From the human T2T-CHM13v2.0 reference genome, Homo sapiens: a stretch of 64,000 nt of DNA. Under the pieces are notes generated by a model, which made no database searches, was not told the origin of the DNA, and worked only from the letters and a program-made list of their open reading frames with translations. The stretch is taken from NCBI RefSeq assembly GCF_009914755.1, contig NC_060930.1; one strand, 5' to 3'. Below are positions 15,527-32,951 of the stretch, in pieces. How positions within the stretch are numbered: the first letter of the stretch is position 1; every line of letters begins with the position of its first letter. The position numbers and the translations under genes are program-made.

Positions 15527-15789
15527 TTACATCACCCAGCACCCAGTTTGTCGAAGGGGCTTACCTCACCCAGCACTCATGGAAGCTTAGTCAAAACTCA
15601 AGAGAACCTTACAAACTCCCATGATATTACCATGACCCCACTGGCTCAGCAAAGTAACTACATAACAACCTCCTTCTGTTACCTATGGCCTCCGGGCAGC
15701 AAGAACATTTTCTAGTACTGGTCCACCTATTCTCCAGCCGGCTGTATTTACCTGCCAGGACAAGCTGGATGGATAAAAATGATATTCTG

Positions 15790-16010
15790 TGCTTGCTGTG
15801 TGTCACACATTGTTCTGAGGGTCTCATGGGTCTTATCTCCTTTAATCTTCATAATAACCTTATGAAGTAGGTACTACTGTTATCCACGTTTTATAGATGA
15901 GGAAATTAAGGCACAGAGGATTAACTTGCCCAAAGTCACATTGCTAGTTATGGCAGAATGGGCACTCAACCAAGAAGTCAGAGCCCATGGTTTTGGCCAT
16001 TAGACTATAC
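15790..16010 (-). mobile_element. MIR
   Basis: MIR core ttttatagatgaggaaattaaggcacagag. Confidence 0.7.
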
Positions 16011-17639
16011 CATGAAACAGTCTATTCATCCATAAGACCCAGGAATAACAGTGCAGATTTGCTCTGCTATGACCCAAGTCTGTAGGGAATCTGAGACTGA
16101 AATTCTGGTCCCTCTTCCCAACTGCCCATGCCCTCACCTAACCCTTCTTTCACCTGTAATGCCATGGAACCTGCCTTCTGGATGCTCTCTCTCTAGCTCT
16201 GTCTTCCTTATTTTCTGCCTTCCCAGTATCCCCACTTTTACCACACAGCATGTATTTCAGTACCCCTGCTTTTCCCCTTTCTCCTGTCTCAGCCACACAT
16301 CCATCTTTTCCTTTGGCTACTCTTTTGGGTGAGAAGGACTTCCCTGCATACAGCTTTTCAATAACCACTACATAATGGAATGAATGCTGGATTCCAAGTC
16401 TGGACAACTGGTGTCAAATCCAAGCCCTGTTTCCTACTGGCCACGTTAGCCTAGATCTCTCCACCATCTTCACCTGAAGAGTGAGGACAGTACCAATTCT
16501 GTATGGTTTATCATGAGGATTACATAAGGTAATACTGTAACTATTTAGTAAACTATCAAGCATTAAGTAATAGTGGAATTTATCCCCATCCAAAGAGATA
16601 TGGTCTCATCCCTGCAAGCTCATCATTCCACACAGCCCCACTCATACCCCACTCCTCGGGACCCTTTTGCAATTTCCATCTTCATTTGACCCAGCTGATT
16701 TCTAGTCAGATAAACTTCACTCTTCCTTCCCCTTGGCCCTCCCTGAGCCTCTGGTTCCCTCACATTGTTCCCAGTACAACACCACACCCCCTTCTTTCTA
16801 CCTAAGCAAGAACAAGCTCTTTGTATCTTCATCACATGGATGCCCACTTCCTGCAGATCCCCATTTAGTAAAACAAACTCTCTTGAAAAGTTTACCACCC
16901 AAGGGCCCACTCAACTTCACAGTACAGAATGACTCATTTTGAAAATATGTCAAGTAAAAAAAAAAAATTGCTGCTTTCTGGCAATATTAACTATAAAAGA
17001 AATGTTTTCATTTAAATGGAATGTTCGAGAAGTCAGGTATTAAAATCAAGAACTCATTTAGACAATGTTCCAAGACAGCACAAACTATAGATCTGACAAT
17101 TAACTGATTTTGTCCAGTCAAATAATTCCCATCACAAAGTGGTATTTTCATGTAAATTAACAGACACAAATTTCAGAACCGACAGGAGAGGAGACAAACA
17201 AAAAATCCCTGCTCCATCAGCCAGAACGATCTAATTCTAATTGTTAATTTGGGCCATGTCATGGTAAGAATGGAGGCTAATTATCTACCAAGCATATGCT
17301 AATGACTTTATATATATTATATATGTTAACTTATTTAATTCTGACAATGACACTTTAGAATGGGTATTGTTACAGTTTAAATTTGGGATATCATATTATA
17401 CTATTTTATAGTAGATAAGAAAATTGAAGCTCAAAGACGTTAAATAACTTGCCTAAGGAACATCAATTTAAGATTGACTCTGAAATAACTCGTTTCCATG
17501 CTCTTAAGCACTTCAAGGTCACCAAAATGGGCAATTCCTCGGTTAATCGTATTAAAACTGCCAGTTTGACTTAGACCACTGAAGCCTGAAACTTTCTGAT
17601 AAAAGTCACAGCTAATGGTGGCCAAGTTTTATTGAATTT

Positions 17640-17850
17640 TCACCTTGACAAACTCTGTTCTAAGCATGTCACGTGTTATCTCATTTAATCAATGCTATGA
17701 GAAAAGCTACTACTATTATTACCATTTTACAGATGAGAAAACTGAGTCATCAAGAGCTTACTGTCATATCCAAGGTTATGTGGTTGGTTACAGACAGAGT
17801 CTGAATTTGAACGCAGACAGTCTGGCACCAGAGCCCTCCCTCCAACATGT
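17640..17850 (-). mobile_element. MIR
   Basis: MIR core cattttacagatgagaaaactgag. Confidence 0.7.
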
Positions 17851-18539
17851 CAGAAACTCCTCTCTAATTTAGGATCAGAGGTTTGGGTAGGTTGTTCCCT
17901 GTACAGCTATATTTTATAAAGTGATCTTACCATAAGGTTTATATAAGAGGACAGCCATAGAGCATTAACTAGCTAGTTTACTACTATTCCCGGGGCTAAC
18001 GATACCACAGATGAACATGCCTCTGTATACAGCTGATGATTTGTTAGTTTGCAGAGATCAGATGTTGATTCGCCAACTAAATGCTCTAGAAGAGGCTGAG
18101 CCCATGTGTCAAAAGTGCAAATAAGCACTGGTAATGAAGTTAGTACTTAGTCATTCAATTTACAAACAAAAATTTCCAAAGCCTGATTGAATTTAAGATA
18201 GCTGCCAAGCTATCTCCACTCAGGGAAAACAAAGTAGTGTGTTGGAACAATATTTATTTTAAAATATGGTGCTAAAAAACATGGATAAAACCCCAAAAAC
18301 CTACTTCAGTTATATTCATTAATTAAACTTCCTAAGTAATTCTCACCTGTCAACTTTACTCTTCCACTCTAGAGACACAGTCATAGATTAAGGTTATGTC
18401 TATGCAGCAGAAAATCCAAGTAGGCTGGGGAAGAGTTTGCAATAGCCAGAAACTCAGGGTAGTCATTTTAAGGTGTATTTTCTATCTTACATATTTCAGA
18501 TTTTGTTTTGTTTTCTGCCTAAATTATAAAGACTATTGA

Positions 18540-19066
<527 letters not shown>

Positions 19067-19344
19067 AAAGTAGGTACTTTCTAAGAGGCAGTGGTTAAAA
19101 ACTGCAGGCTCTGATTTGAATCTAGATCCTACTACTCTTACTGTGTGATCTTGGGCAAGCTGCTTAACCTCCCTGAGCTGCAATTTCCTTATCTATGAAA
19201 TGAACAAACAACAGTTGTGAGGAATAAATGCAGTCACACATGCAAAGCCCATCCTACTAAGTATTCAGAAATAGCCCTTTTTTATTGTTTGCATTACTTC
19301 AGAGCTTTCTAATTCAACTCAAACATTTGTCCAGAAACAAAACT

Positions 19345-19801
<457 letters not shown>

Positions 19802-21468
19802 TCAACCTAGGATTAAACTCCTTAGTCCAAATAAGCATCCAGTGCTGAGGTATATAGTCCCCTAAATGAGTTAGTAGCTATCTGTGGGCAGAGAGCTCTC
19901 CAGTCTCCAGTGACCACACCTGCCAGGGCAGGGCCTACTCCGGAGTGGCAGCTGAGCTCCACACTGTTTCTGCAAGGTCATTTAAGCTTTGTTTTAAACT
20001 TGGTCCTGTGAAGCCTTCACTCCCTCCACTGCTGAGAAGCCTCATGGTTTGGGATCTCCTCAAAGGCTTTAGACTAGAATACAACTGAGAAACAACTGGG
20101 TTACCATTTAAATTACTGCCCAAATGTTTTAGTTCTTTAGGTAGCTTGAAATCTAACTTGAAATACAGTTCTAAAACTAGCACAATTAACAAATAATCTA
20201 GAGAGATAATTCTCTTTAAATTTTTTTGTTTGGTTCAGCTAGATTCAAGGCAATGTGTTGAGAGAATTAAATGTGCAACAAGCTTAAAATAAACTTCCTC
20301 AAATATGGCTAAATAATATGAAAACCAATACATTTCTCCAAACCTAAATGATTTCCCACCCTTTCAGAGATGGGAACTATTCAAAATATGTACGTTAGGC
20401 CAAATGCCTACATTAGGCCATCACAATAATCTCCTGGGATCCCTGCAGGCTAGTACAGGTCACCTATCACTGTCTTTGTTTATAACCTATTGTGTAGGAT
20501 TCCTCCACTAGAATAAGGCAGTGTGGACACATTTCTCTCACTTTAGAAAATACTGGCAAAGAGACATTCTGAGCTATTGAAAACTGGGCTTCTGGTAATC
20601 TTCCAGTGACGGAAGGCTCAAATGCATGGAAATTTTAACCATTAATTGATGTATCAATTAGCCAAACGACTGTCTCAGTGCCCTGTGGTATTACTCTACC
20701 CAAACAAAAATCTCGTCCCGGCTGGATGTACCAACAGCAGGGGCCTCCATTTTCTGGTATTTCCAACTCAATCTTGTAAACATTCTGCGGCAGCGGATGC
20801 AACTGTTTACGGCACTGGGCGACTCCGTGTTGTGCCCAACACACCCATGTGCTAGCCTGTCCTACTGCTCACACAACAATGACATCTAAGCCTGAAGATG
20901 GTGCTTGGCGTTCAATACCAGATAAGCAGAGAACCAGGTTAAGGCTGCATCAAAGCTGCCCACCACTACACTTGGTCATGCATCTTTAACAGGGACCCGC
21001 AGGTTTCTGGAGCTTTTGCAATTTTTCAGTCTTTTGATGTTGACATTTAGGGAAGAACTAACCTTTAGGTAAAAGATAAGGTTAGCAGTTAATATTCCAG
21101 CATTATTACTTATAAACAAGGCATTTCATAAAAGTGTAACCTATTTCTGCAGGGCCCAATTCTATTGTTGCAAACACACTGCACTTAGATCCTCCTAAGG
21201 CCATTTCTTAATAGATAACGACAAGTGACCCAGAGCATTTTGGGAGACAAATGTTTTTCCCTCCCAGCACCGGTTTAATTCTCCTTTCAACTCTAAACTG
21301 CCCCTCACGGCCAGGTGACCACAAATGCCTTTAGGGAAAGGTAATTGCAGGGCGCTTGGGCATCTGGGCAGCGTGACCGAGGGGCTGGCACGGGCCCCTC
21401 TCGCGCCAGCCCTGCCCTAGCCAGGTGCCCCTCTCTGCGCCCCTGTGCGGGGCCCTCTCTCCGGCTCA

Positions 21469-22092
<624 letters not shown>

Positions 22093-22095
22093 CTA

Positions 22096-22117
22096 CCCCG
22101 CGCCCTGCCCCCTCCCC
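22096..22117 (-). promoter_or_regulatory. Canonical G-quadruplex motif (GGGG-A-GGGGG-CA-GGG-CGC-GGGG) in the FAXC promoter
   Basis: Four G-runs of at least 3 with 1-3 nt loops on the - strand. Confidence 0.6.
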
Positions 22118-23819
22118 GCATCTCCGCGGTCCGGCCGCCTCCGCCGGGGCCGGATCTGCAGGGCTGAGGCGCGCCGGGCAGGCTCCGCGCCTCCGGGCGG
22201 CACGCCCAAAAACCGCTCGCCGCGCGCGGGCAAGGGCGGCGGAGGTGCCTGGAAATGCGGCCCCACCGCGAGGAAGCTGCAGTCGGGGCCCGGATCCCGG
22301 TCCTCCCCTACCCCGGCCGGCCCTCCGCCTGCGCTCCAGCCCCTCCCGCGGGCCCCAGAGTAGGGAACGCGCAGGACTCACCTGGGGCGGCGCGGAGCTG
22401 CGGGCAGGAGACGCCACCAGGCGGGGGCTGGGAGCGTGGGCCAGGATTAAAGTCGGGAATCAGATTGTTCTGGCCATTAGGAAAGCGCTGCGTATTTGCA
22501 TAATGTATAAAAACACTCTTATTACATTACACAATTACCTCGGGCTTGACCAGGTGTTCGCAGAGACGAGATGTCTGGTTTGGCAAATAACAAAATACTC
22601 TACCTAGAGAGATTTCTCTGACAAACCCAGTTCAAGTCTTTCCTCTTTGAAGTCACTATCAGGGAACTCGCTGATACAGGGTTTCGGTTGGGGGACGGGG
22701 GTCCCTCTTTTGTTTTAGAAAATCTGTCTAACAACTGTGTGTGTGTTCAGTGTATTTTTTTCCTTTAACTTCATTTATTAAAGTTCATAAGTACAAAGAA
22801 TAGAAGCTTGTAATATATGCACAGATTTTAACAAGAGCATGGATAGTTTTAAATTGTTTGGAAGAACTGAAAAAGGATTCGGGCCGTGGAGGTTCATCAC
22901 TCTCAAGGTGGAAGGATGGGTAAAAGAAACCTCCAGGCTCTTGCCTATGGAGCAGAGATTGAGGCGCAAAAGGACTCCCCCTTTTTTTCCTCTCCTGACA
23001 CACCCGCCCCTTAGAACAGGCAAGGAGTGTGGTCGTCTTGTTAATAAATAATAAATATGGACGTGTCGCCTCAACGAGACGGGGGGAGGGGCTAGTCAGC
23101 TGATGCCTAGGCACCAGCATGTGAGACTCCCCAAACACTCCTGGGAAAATGTGACCTCCCAGGAAGAAGTAATGTGTGTGGTTCTAAGTGAGGCTCCCAT
23201 AAGTAGGTTGCAAGGAGTGAAACCCAACGGCCTCCTGGGGTGACTGAGGTGGTCACCAGCCGGTCTTTCAAGGAGAGAGGCCAGAAGGCTGCCTGGCCTT
23301 GTCGGCAAGAAGCAGAGTAGTTAAATCTGGGACCAAAGCTGCAGTGCTCTGGAAGAGGGAACAAGGAGGGCTGGCACCAGGGATTCTCCATGCTCCTTCT
23401 GTGCCCTTCCCACAGAGCACTCAGTCTTTGCTCTCAGTGAACACTGAGCCAATATTTAAAGAATATAAGTTTGATATTTGGGATCACATTATTTGCATAT
23501 CTAGGTCTAGACATGGGGATGGGCATAAATTACCTTAAGTGGAAGAATATGGAAGGCAAAAGGGAGAGTCAATCCTGACAAACCTTATGCCCAAAACAAG
23601 TTAGAACCCAGAGGAAGTGTAGTATTTTTATCCCAGAAAGCCACTGACTACAATTCACTCTCACTCATAGTGACCTGCCCCACCCACTCATGCAGGCCAG
23701 GGGCCCACTGCTGCTTCCTGGTAGTGTCAGACAACTGTTGAGCATCATCTGGTCTCTGGTTCAAATATGGTTTACATTTTTAGAGACACTGCAGTGAACA
23801 TCTTTAAGAAGCAGATGTG

Positions 23820-24148
<329 letters not shown>

Positions 24149-24318
24149 CTAAAATGTCATCTTAATCTGATGCATCTTAAATTTTAACTTTTAGATCCAT
24201 GGCATAGAAGAGAAAAGATGATTATTGTTAGGGCTGTATAAGATGAAAAGAGGAAGAGTAGACTGAGGAGACAACAAATCTGAGTTGGACAAATATTTGG
24301 TATCAGAATGTCAGAACA

Positions 24319-24657
<339 letters not shown>

Positions 24658-25454
24658 CTAGCTGTAAAGGCACCGACTGATGCAATCCTCAGCCAAATCT
24701 TCATCCAAAGACAGACTGAGTTTCAGAGGGAAAAGCTGCTCCACAAAGGGGTGCAAGCCAGCTGTAGAAAGATGGGAGACTCAGGCTCAGGGGCAAGGGA
24801 CTCAGCCCCAGAGGAGTGGTGGTGGTGGGATAAACTCAGTAGAAAGGAACCAAACACAGCTTGGTTAACAAGAGTTGCTAAGGAGGCTGATTCTGCAAAG
24901 AATGGCTCCTCAGAATCCCTAGTGTAGAGCCAAGTCACAGGCTGAAGCCACAGCAGCTATGCAGGGCCTCCCTACTGAGGCTGAAGGTGCAGGAGCTGAG
25001 CATGTCTGCACCCCAGCTCTCCTCCTGAGGCTCCTATAGTTAGTGAGAAAATTTGAAGACTCTGGGCACTAGGCTAGGCATCTCTACTTCACCCCTTCTA
25101 CCACCACCACCACTAATTTTGACAGCTTTGGTGCCGTACGCATGGACATTAGCTCCAAACTAGAGGCAATTTCTTTTTCTTTTTCAAGGATTTTTTGTTA
25201 ACTAACTTTAATTGAGTTGTTATAAGACAAGAAAAAAGAAGGAACTAATATTGATTGAACACCTGTTTGTGTTGTATAGTGATTTTTTTTCCAGTAACAA
25301 GCTATGTTAGATAAGTATTGTCATTTCAATTTTACAACTGAAAGAAACTAAGGCCCAGAGGGGACAATTAACAAGTTCAATTCCCAGAGTGAGGTGATGA
25401 TGGATCCAAGCATGTCTTACACCAGTGGCCCTGTGGGCGCTCCACCACCTCCAT

Positions 25455-25649
25455 CAGGGGTGTCCAATCTTTTGGCTTCCCTGGGCCACATTAGAAGAAC
25501 TGTCTTGGGCCACACCTAAACTACGCTAAGGACGGCTGATGAGCTTTAAAAAAAATCGCAAAAAATTCATAATGTTTTAAGAAGGTTTACAAATTTGTGT
25601 TGGGCCACATTCAAAGTCGTCCTGGGCCGCCAGGTTGGACAAGGTTTTG
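25455..25649 (+). mobile_element. MER30-like hAT-Charlie DNA transposon
   Basis: caggggtgtccaatcttttggcttccctgggccaca start; ttggacaag end; degenerate 8-bp TSD acctccat/acctacaa. Confidence 0.85.
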
Positions 25650-26029
25650 ACCTACAAGGGTCTCACACCAAGAACAGTGAGTGCTGGAGCGCTGTCCATG
25701 GTATTCTTGCTTTACACTATTAGTCTGGGGCTCAGTTTTCAACTGTCTCAACTGAATGACTACAAAGCATCCAATGCCTGCAGGTTATACTGTCACCTGA
25801 AAAAGGTAGCTTCAGATAATTTATTATGCAGATATCGGCGTGCCCTGTGTCATGTGGGTCTACAGCCTCGCCAAGACAATTGGGTAAGGACAACTAAATC
25901 AGTGTTTCCCAAACCTTAAAGTACATATGTGTCACCTGGGGCTCTGTCATGACGATCAAACAAGAGACAATTAGATCAGAGGTAATTGAGAAGGTGGGTG
26001 GTGAGAAAAGTTTAGGATGTTTTGAGTGT

Positions 26030-26170
26030 GGGCCTCTCAAACATTACCGTGTATATGAGGATATTGTTAAAATGCAAAATTTGACTCAGTAGTTCTGGGG
26101 TGGGGCCTGAGAGTCTGCATTTCTAACAAGCTTCCAGGTGATACCAGACCACAGTTTGTGTAACAATTGT
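26030..26170. mobile_element. MER5A-like fragment
   Basis: gttaaaatgca...tcagtagttctggggtggggcctgagagtctgcatttctaacaagct. Confidence 0.7.
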
Positions 26171-26851
26171 TTATACCACTGGCTTATGAGGAAGATCAAG
26201 AACTCTGCCCACCAGGTGTACCCCATGTTAGATGGTTTCTAATCAACCCAATCAAGTCACCACCTTTTATTAGTTTGAACATCATACATTGCAGATAAGT
26301 TTGGGGCAGTAGTAGAATGAGAAATAGGAAGAAAATAAATCAAGACTCTAGAAGAACAATTAGAACAGAAAGTAATGTGTATTTCTTCTGAGAGACTGAC
26401 CTGATGCCCAAGTGCTGGGAGCTGAGGGAGGAAGTCATGGGGAAGGAGAGATGTAAGGGAAGGGGACAGGAGATAAGAGAGAAGACAGAGAATAGGCAAT
26501 TTATGATGTCTCTGTTTCACTACCTGGGTGATTAATAATGTCATGGAACATTTTTCAGGCACCAATACAAACAGCATAAACAAATGAACAAAATAATTTA
26601 CAAATTTAATTTATCCTAATCATCTTTTATCAGAATGATATTACACTTGATGTTTTAAAATCAAGTTTAAGAGATTTAAAGCCTTGCTCCTATAGTAATA
26701 AGTGGATGTGATGTGGCACTATTGCTGGTTTTTACATAGTAACATTTACTATGCTATTGCATTAAAATATCTCTATGTTATTCAAATGTAGGTAATTTAA
26801 TTGATAATATTTCTCTGAATTTTGTTGTAAACTTCTGCTTTCTTGGCTTGA

Positions 26852-27202
<351 letters not shown>

Positions 27203-28199
27203 CATAGGAGAATTCTGAATCCTAACTAACATTATAGCTGGAAGCCAGTCTCTCACCTCTCACCATAAGGTGCTTTGCCTATATACTTTCTGATCCACTG
27301 GACTTGAGCATTTTATAAACCATTATGCAACTCTCAGAAAGCATGTCCTGTAAGATTAACTTGATGCTGAGAAAAGATATGCAAATAATAACCAGGCTCA
27401 GATGAGTGAGAGGCAATTGAGAAGGTGAATCGTGAGAAGTGTAGAACATTTTGAGTTTGAACAGTGTATTAGTTTGCTAGGGCAAAGAACAGAACCCTAA
27501 GAACATCATATTTAGAGAATGGGCAAAGAAAGAGGGAAACTGAGAAGGAGCAACAAGTGGGAGGGTGTCAGAGCCACAGAAGGGAATAGGGAGTTTCGAG
27601 AAATTTAGGGTTAGGATCAATAGTGTCACATGCTCCCAAAAAGTCAAGTAAAATAAAGTTAGCCAGTAGGGCAGACATTACTGACCTTCGTGGGTGAGTG
27701 AGTGCATTTAAGTGTTGCGGAGGCAGAAACTAGCTTGAAAAAATGTTACTGTCAATAGTGTTCAAAGTGTCTGTTTCCTTGTCCTACCCTTACCGTACAT
27801 GATATTGTTAAATGTTTTGATCCTCCCTAATTTGAAAAAGCAGTGTCTCCTTGTAGTTTTAAATTTGTGCTTCTCTTATTATGTGTGAGGTTGAATGCAT
27901 TTTTTGGAAAGATGTATTTCTATTTTTTGTGAACTGCTCATTTGTTTTGTCTTAAGCATCAAGTCTCACTATGTTGCCCAGGCTAGACTCAAACTCCTCA
28001 AGTGATCCCTCCATCTCAGTCTCCTGAATAGCTGAAATTATATGTGCACACCTGGTCCTGAACTATTCATTTTTCACTTGGCATTATTTATATATGTATT
28101 TATTTATATGAGCTCTTAATAGAGAAAAATAACTCTTGGTCTATAAATCAAAGTGATGCAAATATTTTCCCCAGCTTGTTATCTTTCCATTTTTTCTTT

Positions 28200-28543
28200 T
28201 TATTTTACATATTTATTATTTTTGAGACAAGACCGCTCTGTCACCCAGGCTGGAATGCAGTGGCATGATTACGGCTCACTGCAGCCTCAACCTCCTGGGC
28301 TTAGGTAACTTCACATAATTCCCTGAATTATCAAACGATCCTCCCACCTCAACCACCCCAAGTGGCTGGGACTATAGGCAGGCATCACCACGGCCACCTA
28401 ATTTTTTTTTTTTTTTTTTGTATTTTTTGTGGAGGTGGGATCTCACCATGTTGCCCAGGCTGGTCTTGAACTCCTGGACTCAAGCGTTTCACCTGCCTCA
28501 GCCTCCCAGCGTGCTGGGATTACAGGCATGAGCCACTGCCCCA
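28200..28543 (-). mobile_element. AluJ carrying a 30-bp non-Alu insert
   Basis: Reverse AluJ; TSD-like tctttccattttt; insert at 28301-28330. Confidence 0.85.
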
Positions 28544-28671
28544 GTCTCTTTCCATTTTTTCTTCTATGGCTTCTTGATTTTCTATTATAGTTTTAGAGTG
28601 GTCTCATCCTCTGAATGGGATGCTCAAATCTATTATTTCAATGTTCCGGGGTGACCTCAAATGCTGGGGTG

Positions 28672-29142
28672 TATTAAAGAAAAAATTATTCTGATACTTG
28701 TTAAAGGCAGTAAAGAAAACCTTTTTCAAGGGACTACTTCAATGGGGCTTTGCAATAGGGGAGAAAGATTGAGCTTAACTCCAAATACAACAAGGAAAAG
28801 TGAGGATTTACAGCAAAGTGGCAGGGAGAGGGGAGAAGATGTCAGAGGATGGAGAATTACTATGAGAAGACATCAAGGCTAGAAGGCTAAACTGGCCAAC
28901 AAGATTCCTGATGAAGACAGCCCTGGGTGATCAGATGCCACATGGGAAATGAGAAATTTGATCAGATACTGAAGGTGATCAAACATCAAGGATGGGAGAA
29001 TCTGGCTAAACTGACTTAGCAGAATTCTCTCTAAAATTGGGCAATGCAAACATTGACACAGAAGTCCAAATGTTGAGGCTTAGTTGAGAAGAAGGCTTAG
29101 TGGAGCCTGACTAAAATTCGGTCAAGGAGAGAGTCTTTGTCA
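28672..29142 (-). mobile_element. Solo ERV1 LTR (MER31-like)
   Basis: Minus strand begins tgacaaagactctctccttgacc..tttagtcaggctcc, recalled as the MER31 5' end. Degenerate 4-bp TSD ggtg/gttg. Confidence 0.7.
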
Positions 29143-31241
29143 GTTGTGACCAGGAAGGTAGAAGCCTCTAGAGATAAGAGTCTGTTGCTGACAAGATAGG
29201 ACACAGACCATCCACAAGGACAGAGGAGTTATTCATGAATATGGGAAGACTTAGGGAGAGTAGAAGAAAAAAGATGCTGTGATTGAGGGGTGTGACCAGA
29301 AGTGGGAGTTTGGAACAGAGGAGGAGTAGAGGATGGGAGAGCTAGACCTGAAACTTGGAGAAGCATGAGCTTTTACCCAAAAGTAATGGCAGTGAGTGAA
29401 GAGGACATAAAGCCCATCTCCAAAGTCTGAGGTTCATAGAAAATGTGGGACTTCCTCCGGGTGAAATCATGTCCTCATAGGACAGCAGGTTTCAGTTGAG
29501 GTAGGAAGTAAAGGGCACTACAAAGAGGACTTGAGAAGGTAGGGTAATTAGTATATCATGAAATGGGCCTTATAGGGGTTGTAGCAGAAAAGTATAGAAG
29601 ATCAATGGGAGTTAGGCAAGAAACATTCAAGAAACACTCTTAAGGAGAGATTCTGGGAAAGAATCACTATGGGGTGTCTACATGTTGGGCAACGACTAGG
29701 GATAGCAGAGATCCTTATCAGGCTATAGGAATGGCACAACCATCTGGACTTGGTGGCTCCCTGGAACACCAATGACCTGCACTTGAACTGATTGTTCTCA
29801 GGAAAAGGTGTCATCTAAGGAGCACAGAGACAAACACCAAGCCTGTTTTAAAGTCAAGAAAGGAATGGAGATCTTGTGAGATATCAGTGAGTTCTACATC
29901 CATTGGTTCTGTTCCTCAATGAGAAACAAGGATTCAGATCTAGCTGAAGTGGGAACATCTCATGTCCATATTTACCTTGAAACTCTCTACTCCCATTCTT
30001 AGCTCTGCCACCACATCATCTTGAGAACATATTTTTTTTCTTTGGGTCCAACTGGTGCCTTTTATCTCCTAGACAACGGTTCTTTATACGTGCCGCATCA
30101 CTTTTTTCCTCAGATACAAGAGGTTTATTGAACTCACAATCCATTTTTTTTACTTAATTTTCATGCAAACGGTCAGTGTCAGCTTTTTTGATACAGAAAA
30201 AGTTTGTATGTCATTTGCATCTCATCAGTAATTGTCAAGTAAGAATCTCCCTTCTAATAGAGTCACATTGTAAGTTAATTAACATCATAAGTTAATCAAA
30301 ACAATTATGTGTTGACTATACTAACACTTTTATCTCATCTCGTTTCCATCTTTATTTCTACATTGACATTTTCTTAGATGTTCAGACCTCCTTCTGTAGC
30401 CTATAATAATGTAAATATGTTAAATGGAATTGTGGGGACCTCCGCAGTCCAGGTTTAAAAAATATTCCCAGTAAGCATGACTTGAGCTTGTGCCTGGTTA
30501 CTGAACAGTCTCTAAAACTTGATGCTTCTCAATGTTATATCTATTCCAGGCCAGTAGTAACACAGAAGCCCTCTTGAGTGTCCCTAGAACACATCAAAGG
30601 GCTATTTCAAATAGTGTCCAAAATTTTGACTTTTGTGCTTGACTAAGATACTTTCAATGTGTTATATTTTAACTTGATGCTTTTCTTCAATTTAACACTA
30701 ATATAATAGTAAAACATCTAAGTATAATACAGAGAGTAAGGATATAATTTTATGCAGGGTATTTAAAGCATTTTTATAAAGTTGCAATTAGTAGCTTATA
30801 GTTGTTTTAATCATAGAAGGGGAATTAATCTTTAAGAGAACTGAGTCAAGAGCCCAGACTCAGGCTTGCTGATGTTCTGTCTGATTTCAATATTTTTGAA
30901 GATGCTGCCTTGCATACAGACAATTCAAATATGTGATTAAAATAATCCAGCTGTGCATGGCTATGCTACTGCTATGACTATATGATGGCATGGACACTAG
31001 ATACAAGTATAAAAGTGGTGAAGTGCACAGGCTCAGGAATCAGACTGCCTGGCTTCAGATCCTGGCTCTGTCTTCCTAGCTGTGTAATGCTGAACATGTC
31101 AATGTCACTCAACATTTCTGAGAAATGAAGCTAACAATAGTTTCTACCTCATGCTGTTGTGAGGATTAAGTGAGATTGCACATGCATAGCATTTAGCACA
31201 AGATTTGGCACTTCATAAATCCAAAGGATTACAGTAAATAG

Positions 31242-31552
<311 letters not shown>

Positions 31553-32533
31553 AATCATGAATTCTTTTTAAAATGAATATGCGACACAGAGACAATAATC
31601 AATGTAGGAATTCTTTTCTTGGCCAACTCAAAATCATAATTTCACTAACATTTTCTGCTAACTTTTGATTTTGAAAATTTTCAAATTAATAGGAAAGTTG
31701 AAGGAATAGTAGCCTGTGTGCCCTCATCTAGACTCATCAACTGTTAGTCTTTTGCTACATTTACTTCCTCTGTGTTTCTACATAAGCGGGGACACACACT
31801 CTCAGAAACTTAAAGTTCTGAAAAGTATCTCATCTGTCTCTCTTTATCTGACTATTCCCATTTGCCCCTTATCAGGTACTAACAACATGGCCTGTTTTCA
31901 TTTTTTTTAACCCTTTGAACATAAGTTGCAAGTATTTTACTTTTCAGCATGCAATTCCTTAGAACAAGGACATTTTCTTTCATAAACATAATATTATCAC
32001 ACACAAGGAAATATATAATTCCATAATGCTATCTCATATCCAGTACATATTCAAACCATTTTCAAAAGTTTCCAATTGTCTCGAACATATTTTCTAGTTG
32101 TTTGGTTCTTGCCGTTGTTTTTTCTGTCTAGAATCCAGTCTTGCATTGCATTGGTCACTTTTAACCTACATCCCAGTTTAGGCCTGTTAACCTGTAGAAT
32201 GCCTCACATTTTGGATTTGTCTGGCTTTCCCCTTATAGTTTATTTTAACGTGTTTCCCTTTGCCCTATATTTCTGGAAACTTAAGCCTAGAAGCATAATT
32301 AGATTTAAATTTTTTTTTTTAGCAAGGACACACCATAGATATATCATGCACTTCATATTGCATCATATCAGGAGGACATAGTGTAAGGCAATCCCACTAT
32401 GAGTGATGCTAAATTTAATCTTTCCATTGTAAAAAAACACTCATTTGGAATTAGTAAGTAATCTGTTGGGTGATACTTTGACATCCAATAAACATCCTGT
32501 TCCCCTCAATTTTTATATCAATGGTTTTAACTT

Positions 32534-32951
32534 TGTGGAAGTTATCAGTATCAAAATTGAGTCACTTAAGTCATATTCTTTCAAAATGCAGCTGAGAAGC
32601 CACAAAGAAGGAGCCCTCACACACCTATATCTGTAACAGAAATTATTGCAAGAAATTCCTCAAACCCGCACTATTCCAGATAAGCCACTTGCAAAGGACA
32701 CTCACCTAACAATGGCTGTCTCCAGTAATAAGCCAGTGCCAACTCCTGCAACAAGCCTCTGTAACCAATGGATTTGTTTCAAAGCAGCTTACATGGATGT
32801 CTCCTTTTTTTCACTTAAAAACTTCCCCTTGCCCCAGCCTCTTTGTATGTGCCTATGGTGAATCGCATTCTGAATGGCAATTTCTTGCTATTCCCAAGTA
32901 AATTCTTTGTTTTGGAGAGTCAGCCTCTCTGTTGCTTATTTTAGATTGACA
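32534..32951 (+). mobile_element. Old solo ERV1-class LTR (LTR37-like) inserted into an L1 remnant
   Basis: TG...CA ends, CCAAT, AGTAAA-type signal, U5-like tttagattgaca end. Subfamily uncertain. Confidence 0.55.
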
